From positions 375-64,374 of the forward strand of contig JBFYMQ010000001.1 of the NCBI GenBank assembly GCA_041304825.1: a stretch of 64,000 nt of DNA, in the 5' to 3' direction. A program made the position numbers and the translations under genes. The notes beneath the pieces were generated by a model. That model was not told the origin of the DNA. It ran no database searches and saw only the letters and a list, made by a program, of their open reading frames with translations. This DNA comes from Thermoplasmatales archaeon. Lineage in GTDB: Archaea; Thermoplasmatota; E2; DHVEG-1. Each line of letters opens with the position of its first letter. Position 1 is the first letter of the stretch. Of this stretch, positions 28,568 to 37,773 are shown piece by piece.

Positions 28568-29268
28568 TGATTGAGATGTCACTTGATGGAATCCCTGTTC
28601 AGGTTGAAGAAGGATCAACGATTCTTGATGCTGCACGATTCTACGGAATAGAAATACCAACCTTATGTCATATGGACGGATTATCATCCTATGGTGCCTG
28701 TCGCCTATGCGTTGTTGAAATCGGCAAAGGAGAAAACGCAAAACTTGTCTCATCATGCACCTATCCAGCGGAGCAAGGATTGTTAGTTCGAACAAACTCG
28801 AAAAGGGTCGTCACTGCCCGGAAGATACTTGTCGAGTTGCTCGTAGCAATGTGCCCCTCCTCAAAAACCGTCCAAGATCTTGCGTCAGCTATGGAAGTAA
28901 CACAAGTGCGATTCAAGGTAGATCGAACGAACGATTGCATCCTTTGTGGTCTCTGTGTACGGATGTGTGAGGAGCAGATGATGGCAAAAGCAATCGGGTT
29001 TGTGAACCGCGGGAAGAACCGTAAAATAACCACCCCCTTTGATATGAAATCAGAGGTATGTCGAACCTGCGGTGGCTGTATGTATATTTGCCCTGCATGT
29101 GAGCTGCGTTGTCAAGGACCAAATGCAGAGACTGATCTGTGTAACGCATGTTTAAATGTTCAACCAGTATGTTTAAAGGAAGAGGATAACAAAATGTGCT
29201 TCCTTGAAACTTGCGGATGGTGTTATGAGGAATTAGGACGAAAGAAAAAGAAAATGGAGAAGAAATAG
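28567..29268 (+). CDS. NuoG N-terminal-like [2Fe-2S]/[4Fe-4S] ferredoxin-domain protein.
   Basis: Has GACRLCVVEI (plant-type 2Fe-2S) and further Cys clusters CILCGLCVRMC and CRTCGGCMYICPAC. Its ATG overlaps the upstream TGA (TGATG). Confidence 0.65.
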   Translation: MIEMSLDGIPVQVEEGSTILDAARFYGIEIPTLCHMDGLSSYGACRLCVVEIGKGENAKLVSSCTYPAEQGLLVRTNSKRVVTARKILVELLVAMCPSSKTVQDLASAMEVTQVRFKVDRTNDCILCGLCVRMCEEQMMAKAIGFVNRGKNRKITTPFDMKSEVCRTCGGCMYICPACELRCQGPNAETDLCNACLNVQPVCLKEEDNKMCFLETCGWCYEELGRKKKKMEKK

Positions 29269-29288
29269 ATGATTGGAGGGAAAAGAGA

Positions 29289-30869
29289 ATGTCATTAACA
29301 AAAATAAATGCATCTGCTGCAACGCTAAGTAAAAACAGAACTGAAGGAGCCATTAACACACTCAGTGGGATGTGTGCGACCTGTGTCGATGGGTGTATCG
29401 GCATGTGTGAAATAGGCAAATCCGCCTATCGTGGTCATGAGGTTATTTACCCACAGCCGTTTGGGATTATCACCTCGGCCTGTGAGAAGGTATACCCCGT
29501 TGACTTATCTCATTTCACGATCCTTGGTGGTGTTGTTGGTGCCTGGGGTATAGAGACGAATAGCGATCGGGCGATTTTCTCAAATGTGAACCTAGAGCGG
29601 ACTATCTGTAAGGAAAATCCTCTGAAGGTGAAGATGCCGATGATCATTCCAGGTCTTGGTTCTACGGCGATTGCGAAAAATAACTGGGAAGGTCTTGCGG
29701 TTGGTGCGGCAATCACCGGTATTCCCTTGACCATTGGTGAGAATGTCTGTGGTATGGATCCTGACGCGGAGTTCGTCAAAGGGAAAGTGAAGCATTCACC
29801 TGACCTCGAATGGCGAGTGAATCTCTATAAGAAATGGCAGCAGAAGGGGTATGGTGCCATTGTTGTTCAAGCTAACGTAGAAGATACCAGCCTTGGCGTC
29901 CATGAATATGCGATTTCAGATTTGGATGTTGATGCTGTTGAATTGAAATGGGGACAGGGCGCAAAGAACATTGGCGGTGAAGTAAAAATTAAAGAACTCA
30001 AGAGGGCACAGGAATTAAAGAAACGAGGCTATGTGGTACTCCCGGATCCAACTGATCCAAATATCATCGCTGCATTTGAAAAAGGAAGTTTCAGAGAATT
30101 TGAACGACATTCTCGTGTCGGTATGGTTTCCGAGGCTGGATTTATGAAACGTGTCAAGGAACTACGTGACTGTGGTGCGAAACGCGTTTTCCTAAAGACA
30201 GGTGCTTACCGGCCAGTCGCACTAGCACAGGCAGTGAAATTTGCATCGAAAGCAAAAATTGATTTACTGACAGTGGACGGTGCCGGTGGTGGTACCGGAA
30301 TGAGCCCTTGGCGTATGATGAATGAATGGGGCGTCCCACCAGTTGAACTTCATTCGATGCTGTACAAGTATGTCGATAAGCTCGCCAAGAACGGGGAGTA
30401 TGTCCCGGATATCGCGATTGCAGGTGGATTTACCTTCGAAGATCAAATTCTCAAAGGTCTTGCTCTTGGTGCTCCCTACTTTAAGCTTATTGGTATGGCC
30501 CGAGGGCCTCTTGCTGCAGCGATGGTTGGGAAAACCATAGGCAAGAAAATCAACGAATCCATAGTCCCTGTGTACATTGAACGTTTCGGCAATACTCCTG
30601 AGGAAATCTTTGTGACCGCCCCGGAATTGAAGAAAAAATATGGAAAAGACTTTGACAAACTCCCCACTGGTGCTATTGGTCTATATACGTATATGGAACG
30701 CTTGCATCAAGGGTTACGACAGATCATGGCTGGTTGTCGAAAATTCACCTTGGACTACATCTCACGAGATGATATCGCCTGCCTTACCAAGGAATCAGCG
30801 GACATCAGTGGTCTGCCGTACATCACGGATGTAGATGACAAAGAAGTCGCAAAAATACTTGGTGCTTAA
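29289..30869 (+). CDS. Glutamate synthase FMN-binding subunit (archaeal split GltB, domain 2). There is no amidotransferase domain.
   Basis: WGQGAKNIGGE and LTVDGAGGGTGMSP match the GltS motifs QGAKPGEGG and ISGHDGGTGASP. It has an N-terminal Cys cluster CATCVDGCIGMC and a GGAGG-like SD. Confidence 0.8.
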   Translation: MSLTKINASAATLSKNRTEGAINTLSGMCATCVDGCIGMCEIGKSAYRGHEVIYPQPFGIITSACEKVYPVDLSHFTILGGVVGAWGIETNSDRAIFSNVNLERTICKENPLKVKMPMIIPGLGSTAIAKNNWEGLAVGAAITGIPLTIGENVCGMDPDAEFVKGKVKHSPDLEWRVNLYKKWQQKGYGAIVVQANVEDTSLGVHEYAISDLDVDAVELKWGQGAKNIGGEVKIKELKRAQELKKRGYVVLPDPTDPNIIAAFEKGSFREFERHSRVGMVSEAGFMKRVKELRDCGAKRVFLKTGAYRPVALAQAVKFASKAKIDLLTVDGAGGGTGMSPWRMMNEWGVPPVELHSMLYKYVDKLAKNGEYVPDIAIAGGFTFEDQILKGLALGAPYFKLIGMARGPLAAAMVGKTIGKKINESIVPVYIERFGNTPEEIFVTAPELKKKYGKDFDKLPTGAIGLYTYMERLHQGLRQIMAGCRKFTLDYISRDDIACLTKESADISGLPYITDVDDKEVAKILGA

Positions 30870-30887
30870 GCACCATCTTTTTCTTTT

Positions 30888-31982
30888 TCATTCCTTATGC
30901 TTTAACCCATGGCCTGTTAATGGTAGAACAACCACCTGATTTTTGTGTAGATGATGTTTTTTAAGGGCTGCCAGAACGACAGCGGACGTCGGTTCAATAT
31001 AATATCCTTTTTTTCGTATGTAATAAAGTGCATCGAGAATCTCTTTTTCCGTTACAGTAAGTATATCTCCGTTTGTTTCTTTTACGGAATGCAGAATATC
31101 GTTTGCTCGTACAGGATTGCTTATCGCGATACCTTCTGCGATTGTCTCCTTTGGAGAATTACCGGATGTTGGCTCATCCTTGTTTTTCCATGCATTTGCT
31201 AATGGAGCGCAGTTCTCTGCTTGTACGCCGATAATCCTTGGGAGTTTATCGATAATATTTTCTTGTTGTAATTCCTTTAAACCGATATACGAGCCGTAGA
31301 GGAGAGTTCCGTTTCCAACTGGGATGATAAGAACATCGGGTGTTTTCCATCCAAGTTGTTCAACGATTTCAAAGATACATGTTTTTGTTCCATGGAAAAA
31401 ATAAGGGTTCCAATAGTGACTTGCGTAATAGGTTGTTTGAGCATGATTCCATGCAGCTAGTGCGGTATCCTTTCTACTCCCCTGTACAACATGCAGATGT
31501 GCACCGTATTGCTTGATTTGTATGAGTTTTTCTGGGGAGGTTTTTTCTGGGGTGTAGATATGACAATCGATTGATGCTTTTGCGCAGTACGCAGCTATCG
31601 CAGCACCTGCATTGCCTGAAGAGTCTTCAACGACTTTTTTAAGTCCTAGTTCCTTTATCTTACTGACTAACACCGATGCACCGCGGTCCTTATACGATCC
31701 GCTTGGGAAAAGATGCTCTTGTTTTAACAAAACTTTTTTACCAAACACCTCTTCTTGGATGAGGGGCGTGAATCCTTCATCAAACGAGATGATATGGCGA
31801 TCTTGGTTGATCGGAAGTGCTTCGCGGTATCGCCAGAGATTTGGTTTTCTTTTTTTGATGTTGCTTATTGGGAATCGTGCATGAAAATCGAGTGTCAATA
31901 ACCCGCCGCAGGTACAGTTCCATCTCGGTTCAGACGAGGAATATTCTGCATGACATGATTGGCATAGTAGTTTACTTTTCAT
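30888..31982 (-). CDS. thrC: Threonine synthase (short archaeal type with an N-terminal Zn-ribbon).
   Basis: Has FPSGSYKDRGASVLVSKIKELG (PLP Lys motif) and N-terminal CQSCHAEY...CTCGG. Confidence 0.8.
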   Translation of the reverse strand: MKSKLLCQSCHAEYSSSEPRWNCTCGGLLTLDFHARFPISNIKKRKPNLWRYREALPINQDRHIISFDEGFTPLIQEEVFGKKVLLKQEHLFPSGSYKDRGASVLVSKIKELGLKKVVEDSSGNAGAAIAAYCAKASIDCHIYTPEKTSPEKLIQIKQYGAHLHVVQGSRKDTALAAWNHAQTTYYASHYWNPYFFHGTKTCIFEIVEQLGWKTPDVLIIPVGNGTLLYGSYIGLKELQQENIIDKLPRIIGVQAENCAPLANAWKNKDEPTSGNSPKETIAEGIAISNPVRANDILHSVKETNGDILTVTEKEILDALYYIRKKGYYIEPTSAVVLAALKKHHLHKNQVVVLPLTGHGLKHKE

Positions 31983-32086
31983 TACAGGATTGATTTTCAG
32001 AACCCTATGTAAATGTTTTGTTCAGACTACGAAATGAAAGAATAAAAACACGAACCTTGTGTTTTTATGAGGAAAGAACTTTCTTC

Positions 32087-34807
32087 TTACATTCTAATGT
32101 AGAACAACAGAATCGTTGCATTCTGGGTCATGGTCACCGAGCTGTAGGAATGTGATGCTGAAACGGTGATGCTGGTTTTTCCGAACCCAAGAATCAAATC
32201 AGAACTAATCGTTCGTTCTCCACCAGGTGCGATACTTAACAGGCTCCCACTTGTCTGTTTCCCGATAAATACATTACCTGAGAGGGTGATATTCCATTGT
32301 ACGTTGGTAATATCGATGACACCAGTGTTTTTGACCACTGTTTTAATTTTGAAAAAACCGCCAGAAACCAAACCTATCTCAAGTTGGGGAGCGATGATCG
32401 TGATATCAAAGGCTTCTGACCAATCGCTTTCAGCACCTATTAGATTTTTTGCTTTCGCAGTGATTGAATAATTACCTTCCTCCGACCAAGTATGTGAGAG
32501 GAGAACAGGAACTCCTGAGGCAGAGGGACCAAACCATTCCTGATGACTTCCATCTCCCCATTCGACCCAGTAAAACAGGTTTGAATTGCCTGGATCAGTG
32601 GTGACGAAGGTGAAATCCATCTGCCGTCCAACATCCCCTTGCGTTGATCCGTTGATCTCTGGTGGGAACGGTGCGGAGAGCACAGGGCTAACCACCAAGG
32701 CATAGTCTGCGTCTAATTCTGGTGTTTCGATATGAGAATCCTGGATTATCTCATCTGCAGACACCTGAACGGTCCATGTTCCTACTTCAGGGTTCTGTAC
32801 AAAGACACATTCGACCGTATCTTTCGTATCAGCAGCTCCATCTGGCTGAGACCATACACCATTCTTAAGACCATTATTCCCCCAGTATATCACATCAGAT
32901 GGAGAAATGACCTTCAAGCTTAAATCATTAATTCGGTGCTGTGTTTGAACACTGGGATTTCCCGCAGGATCTGCATAGGTCATTGTGACCTTCAGGTATG
33001 GTGAACCGGACTCAACCGCAACCATGTGGGTTGATACATCAAAGGGTTCAAGGACATCTGTTTCATCTATGATATAGAAATTATCTCGTAAATCATATAA
33101 GTTCTTCTCAGACGGCATCCCCCATCCTTGATGCATGCGGGTTTTATCCTCTGTAGTGCCATTAAAAGGATATTGATCCGCTGTGTTGATCATCATCGCT
33201 TTTGCCGTCGTCATATGAGGCCGGTTCTCAAAAACCGTTCCTTCCGGGTCAACCTCGTTTCCAAAGATACCATCAGACCACATCTGATAGAATAACCCGA
33301 AATGACCAGCGATGATGGGTGTTGCTCCGCTCGTACCGCCAAAGCCATCAGTATATGCGGTCGGACTCCCTGAGGTTGTGGTAAATATCATGTCATAAAA
33401 AGAACAGAGGTCAGGTTTAATTCTCCCATCAGTGGCAGGTCCAATGCTTGCCCCATAACTCCATTCATCATCGGTTTTTATCAATGTATCATAGTGGTAG
33501 ATACCTCCGCCAGAGACGATGTTCTTCGCCCATGCCTGTGGTCTGGACATCTGATCACCAGCATTGCTTTGTGATTGACAATGAAGCACATCAAAATCAA
33601 TGAGCGCTGAATCGGTATCTGCGGATATCGTGGTGTACTGGGTTGTCCGATCGCTTCCTACACTTGAAGTCTCAAACACACCATAGTATGGATCTTGAAC
33701 CAACTCTCCTGTGTGGAGATATCGATTCGTTCCCTCTAGTCCGATATAATTATAATCCCCGACAATCCCTTGTCCTTCAGGTAACATCCCACGACCCTTT
33801 GGGTTACCGGTTCCATCTCCAAAGACGATCCCTGAGGTTGAGGCACCATGGGAATCACTGCCGACGTTCCCATGGAGGATTAATGGACGTGATTGAAAAT
33901 CGACATGAGCGAGATTAAATCCCGCATCGAAAACCTCCCCTCGGACACCGCTTCCGTTATACCCTGCAATAGATTCGATATAGTCTGCACCCCCGATTTC
34001 CCGTGCGATATCCATATCAGCTTCATAGGGACTCCAACGGTCGACAAACAACACTTCATCCCAGCGTATGAGCAGGAATAGTTGATCGGGTGATAAGGTA
34101 GCCTCAATGAGGAATTTCCCTGCATCCCCCTTGTTGACTCTTCCACCTATTGATTTGATTCGTTCAGTAACAATGGTTTTTTGTTCTGTTGAAAGCACCT
34201 GGATGTTGTATTGTTGGAGGGGATAGCTTTGATAAGCGTTTTCGAGGTTCTCAAGCAGAAATTCCTCAAGCCGGTACGCGGGGTGATAAAGCCCAATCCA
34301 ACGTACATACGGCAGTGTTTCAACCTCTGTTCGTATTGATTTACTCATCTCTACAAGATAGGCGTATTGAGCGATATAATGACGCACGATGCCACCGCAT
34401 GCAGTAATCGCTGCTTGGTATTCTTGAAGTGGTTGTGTAAAAAACTGGACAATATACAGATGGGTATCCTCACTTGCGGTTAAAAGTGGTTCAATGGATG
34501 GTTCTCCCGTCAAAGGATCGAAATACGCATACCGCAGACCAATTTCGTAGGATGGTTGAACGGTTCTTACATATGTTTTTCCACTATCTAAACTGATTGA
34601 ATAAAACGGTACTATCTCACCATTGTCAAGTTGTTCATCCCATAATTTGACGAGAACTGATGAATCAGGTAAAGTGATACATCGTTCATTAACGACGTTA
34701 CTATCTGGTTTGAAAAACACAGTATTTCCGGTGGCGTTCAATGCTGTCGGAATGCACAATGCACTGACGATGAGGCTTATTATTATATATTTTATTCTTC
34801 TATTCAT
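32087..34807 (-). CDS. Secreted subtilisin-like serine protease (S8) with a PKD-like domain and extra beta-rich C-terminal domains.
   Basis: Has a signal peptide MNRRIKYIIISLIVSALCIPTALNA and the subtilase Ser motif GTSGATP. The PKD-like segment is YWVEWGDGSHQEW...HTWSEEGNYSITAKAKN. Confidence 0.75.
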   Translation of the reverse strand: MNRRIKYIIISLIVSALCIPTALNATGNTVFFKPDSNVVNERCITLPDSSVLVKLWDEQLDNGEIVPFYSISLDSGKTYVRTVQPSYEIGLRYAYFDPLTGEPSIEPLLTASEDTHLYIVQFFTQPLQEYQAAITACGGIVRHYIAQYAYLVEMSKSIRTEVETLPYVRWIGLYHPAYRLEEFLLENLENAYQSYPLQQYNIQVLSTEQKTIVTERIKSIGGRVNKGDAGKFLIEATLSPDQLFLLIRWDEVLFVDRWSPYEADMDIAREIGGADYIESIAGYNGSGVRGEVFDAGFNLAHVDFQSRPLILHGNVGSDSHGASTSGIVFGDGTGNPKGRGMLPEGQGIVGDYNYIGLEGTNRYLHTGELVQDPYYGVFETSSVGSDRTTQYTTISADTDSALIDFDVLHCQSQSNAGDQMSRPQAWAKNIVSGGGIYHYDTLIKTDDEWSYGASIGPATDGRIKPDLCSFYDMIFTTTSGSPTAYTDGFGGTSGATPIIAGHFGLFYQMWSDGIFGNEVDPEGTVFENRPHMTTAKAMMINTADQYPFNGTTEDKTRMHQGWGMPSEKNLYDLRDNFYIIDETDVLEPFDVSTHMVAVESGSPYLKVTMTYADPAGNPSVQTQHRINDLSLKVISPSDVIYWGNNGLKNGVWSQPDGAADTKDTVECVFVQNPEVGTWTVQVSADEIIQDSHIETPELDADYALVVSPVLSAPFPPEINGSTQGDVGRQMDFTFVTTDPGNSNLFYWVEWGDGSHQEWFGPSASGVPVLLSHTWSEEGNYSITAKAKNLIGAESDWSEAFDITIIAPQLEIGLVSGGFFKIKTVVKNTGVIDITNVQWNITLSGNVFIGKQTSGSLLSIAPGGERTISSDLILGFGKTSITVSASHSYSSVTMTQNATILLFYIRM

Positions 34808-34973
34808 ATAAATCCCCCTTCGAATTATTTTTCTTAACTAGATTATAGAGTTATTTAATACGGAGCCTCTAGTTAAATATTCCTATACGCTGTCTTTCGA
34901 AAAACTTTTCAGTATATACAGATAATACCTGGAAAGCCTCTTATTTATATTGGAAAAAATAAGACCTTCGATA

Positions 34974-34992
34974 AGTTATTAATACGGAATCT
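34974..34992 (+). promoter_or_regulatory. Putative BRE/TATA promoter element of glnA.
   Basis: AAGTTATTAATACGGAATC lies 60-80 nt upstream of the glnA start. A near-identical copy at 34848-34867 serves the divergent S8 protease gene. Similar AGKT-TATTAAWA-GRGA motifs occur upstream of the nuoE-like gene (24846-24863) and albA (37277-37295). Confidence 0.4.
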
Positions 34993-35051
34993 TTATACAG
35001 ACTAAATGACAGAAATGAATCATTTTTGTCCTTAAAAATAAGATCAAACAG

Positions 35052-36410
35052 GTGAGGAACATGATCAGTACATACACGATGAAATCATTAAACAAGGAAT
35101 CTGTCTTAGCAATGGTACGGGAAAATAATGTCCTTTTCGTTCGTTTACAATTTATTGACATTCTTGGAATGCCTAAGAACATTGTCATACCGGTCAATGG
35201 GCTTGAGTCTGCCTTAGATGAAGGCGTCCCTTTTGATGCATCATCAATCGCTGGGTACGCAACGATTGAAGAATCAGATAAAATCGCAAAACCAGATCCT
35301 TCAAGTTTTGTGATTCTCCCCGAATGCGTTGAAGAAAGAAAAACCGCAAAACTCAATTGTGATATCTATGAGCCAAACGGGAAACGATTCGAAGGTGATG
35401 TTAAATATATTTTAGAAAAAATGGTAGAAAAAGTAGCGAAAATTGGCTACATCTACAATACCGGCCCTGAATGTGAGTTTTTTTTGTTTAAAAAAAATGG
35501 TGAAAACTCAACCGTCATTCCAAATGACACCGCCGGGTACTTTGATTTATCACATCGTGATCTTGCTGAAGGCGTCCGAGCTGATATTTCTTTAGCGTTG
35601 GAGGCTGTTGGAATCCAACCGTATACCGCTCACCATGAATGTGCGGATGGTCAGCAAGAAATTAACTTTAATTACGCAGATGCCATCACCACAGCTGACC
35701 GAGTGATTACTCTCAAATATATTACAAAGGTCATTGCAACAAAACATAATCTCCATGCATCTTTCATGCCAAAACCCCTCTATGGACAATGTGGTTCTGG
35801 TATGCATACCCATCAATCGCTCTTTACGTTAGACGGCTCGAATGCATTCTATGACCCTACGGATAAAAACCAGTTAAGTCCTGTGGCGTACCAATTTATT
35901 GCAGGTCTGCTGAAATATATCAAAGAGTTTTCCTGTGTGTTAAATCAAACCGTGAATTCCTACAAACGATTGGTTCCTGGCTATGAAGCACCAACTTATA
36001 TTGCTTGGGCGAACCGGAATCGCAGCGCGTTGATCCGTATCCCTTCGAAACGGGGAAAAAGCACGCGGTGTGAACTTCGAAACCCTGATGTTGCTTGCAA
36101 TCCTTATTTAGCATTCTCTGTGATGCTTGCAGCAGGCTTACGAGGAATCGAAGATAAACTTGAGGCACCAGCCCCTGTTGAGAAGAATATCTATGCATTG
36201 TCAGAAGAGGAACGTCAAAAATACGGTATTGAGCAGCTCCCGGAAAGTCTTGGACATGCGGTAGCGGTGATGAGCAAAAGTAGCCTGGTACGAGAAACAC
36301 TGGGTGACCATATCTTTGAGAATTTAATTCATGTGAAACGAAAAGAATGGGATGCCTATCGGTTACAAGTGACGAAATGGGAAGTGGATACGTATCTTCC
36401 TCTTCTTTAA
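35052..36410 (+). CDS. glnA: Glutamine synthetase type I.
   Basis: The GS beta-grasp and catalytic domain are conserved throughout (NGKRFEGDV..., MHTHQS, NRSALIRIP). Confidence 0.95.
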   Translation: MRNMISTYTMKSLNKESVLAMVRENNVLFVRLQFIDILGMPKNIVIPVNGLESALDEGVPFDASSIAGYATIEESDKIAKPDPSSFVILPECVEERKTAKLNCDIYEPNGKRFEGDVKYILEKMVEKVAKIGYIYNTGPECEFFLFKKNGENSTVIPNDTAGYFDLSHRDLAEGVRADISLALEAVGIQPYTAHHECADGQQEINFNYADAITTADRVITLKYITKVIATKHNLHASFMPKPLYGQCGSGMHTHQSLFTLDGSNAFYDPTDKNQLSPVAYQFIAGLLKYIKEFSCVLNQTVNSYKRLVPGYEAPTYIAWANRNRSALIRIPSKRGKSTRCELRNPDVACNPYLAFSVMLAAGLRGIEDKLEAPAPVEKNIYALSEEERQKYGIEQLPESLGHAVAVMSKSSLVRETLGDHIFENLIHVKRKEWDAYRLQVTKWEVDTYLPLL

Positions 36411-36474
36411 AGTAAAGACGATCACACTACCAGATAATTTTTTTTCCTTTTCTGTGTTAAAGAAACGTTATTAA

Positions 36475-36948
36475 TTGGAGAACGTATTCAGGGATGTTAC
36501 GGGTGTACCTATGGGTTTCGAAATGCAAATTGTCAGCAACACGCCGCTCACCGGTGAGGAAGATTTTGATACTGCCGCGAAGATGTTCTTCGAACAAATC
36601 GGGTATCTTTCGAAAGGCTCTGATCCTCTGATTCCGTATCAGATATTTGCAGATTTTTTCCTTAAACATCCAACGAAGGCATGGTTTGTTGATGATATCG
36701 CGGCGACATTGAAAACTTCTCGACCAACGGTCTATCGGCACCTCAACAAACTGAAAGGGTTTGATATCCTTGAGGAAGTCTCCGTGTTTGATGAAGTCTC
36801 AAAACAACAGAAAAAAGCCTATCGATTGCGATACGGGAATTTTGAAAAAGCCTGGAATTTCGTTGAAGCACATATTAAAGTAGCAGTTGAGAATTACGGC
36901 AAGACTGTCGAACATCTTCAACGACTCATCGAAACAAAAAGGAAGTGA
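36475..36948 (+). CDS. Putative winged-HTH transcriptional regulator.
   Basis: Has the HTH-like segment IAATLKTSRPTVYRHLNKLKGFDILEE. It lies 64 nt downstream of glnA on the same strand. Confidence 0.4.
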   Translation: MENVFRDVTGVPMGFEMQIVSNTPLTGEEDFDTAAKMFFEQIGYLSKGSDPLIPYQIFADFFLKHPTKAWFVDDIAATLKTSRPTVYRHLNKLKGFDILEEVSVFDEVSKQQKKAYRLRYGNFEKAWNFVEAHIKVAVENYGKTVEHLQRLIETKRK

Positions 36949-36952
36949 AGCA

Positions 36953-37240
36953 ATGGATAAAAAAGAAGACTGGAAACTCAGTGAAGGATCACGCTATAAG
37001 ATTCTATCCATAGGTGGACGGGATAGCTCTTTGGAAACAGAGGGAGTGTTTCGCGGGTATGCCACGATAGGGATCGAAGAAGCAGGTCTTATGATTGAAC
37101 TGTCCTCAGAACACAAAGACGGCGGGGAAAAGCTTCGTATCGTCCCGCTACATGCGATTTTGGCTATTGATGTTCTTGACGTAAAACCCCATGAAGGGCA
37201 AGATGAGGAGAAAGAACCAAGCGGGCATTATTACGGATAA
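36953..37240 (+). CDS. Hypothetical protein (about 95 aa).
   Basis: The ATG at 36953 is preceded by AAAGGAAG. The track ORF extends further upstream, overlapping the regulator. Confidence 0.3.
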   Translation: MDKKEDWKLSEGSRYKILSIGGRDSSLETEGVFRGYATIGIEEAGLMIELSSEHKDGGEKLRIVPLHAILAIDVLDVKPHEGQDEEKEPSGHYYG

Positions 37241-37360
37241 AACAATCAAACACCATCCCGATTTCCTCTAAAAAAAACAAAACGTTTATTAAAGAGGAAT
37301 GACTTTTCATTTTCCAGAGGACCAAGAAGCAAACCATTTTTCCGGGGAGCAAGATTTGGT

Positions 37361-37678
37361 ATGTCTACGGATGAGAAAAGGAAAATAGACACCGACAGTA
37401 ACATTATCTATGTCGGAAATAAACCACCAATGAATTATGTCATCGCCATCATGGCGCTTTTAAACTCAGGGAACTTTACCGAAGTGGTGCTCAAAGCTAG
37501 AGGAAATGCAATCAGCAGGGCAGTCGATGCAGCAGAAATAACCCACAACCGGTTTTTAACCAACGCCGAGGTAAAAAGCATCGAGATTGGAACTGAGGTT
37601 GTGACCAATGAGGATGGCCGAAAATCAAATGTCTCCTCGATTGAAATCTGTCTTGCGATGAAAAAAACAGAGAAATAA
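37361..37678 (+). CDS. albA: DNA/RNA-binding protein Alba.
   Basis: Has NIIYVGNKPPMNYVIAIMALLNSGNFTEVVLKARGNAISRAVDAAEI, the Alba signature. Confidence 0.85.
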   Translation: MSTDEKRKIDTDSNIIYVGNKPPMNYVIAIMALLNSGNFTEVVLKARGNAISRAVDAAEITHNRFLTNAEVKSIEIGTEVVTNEDGRKSNVSSIEICLAMKKTEK

Positions 37679-37773
37679 CATAAAGAATCTTGCTCTTTTT
37701 TATTTATTTTTTATAACAAACTGAGGAGATTTTTCCTAGTAAAAAATACTAAATACAGGATGAGAATGCATCC

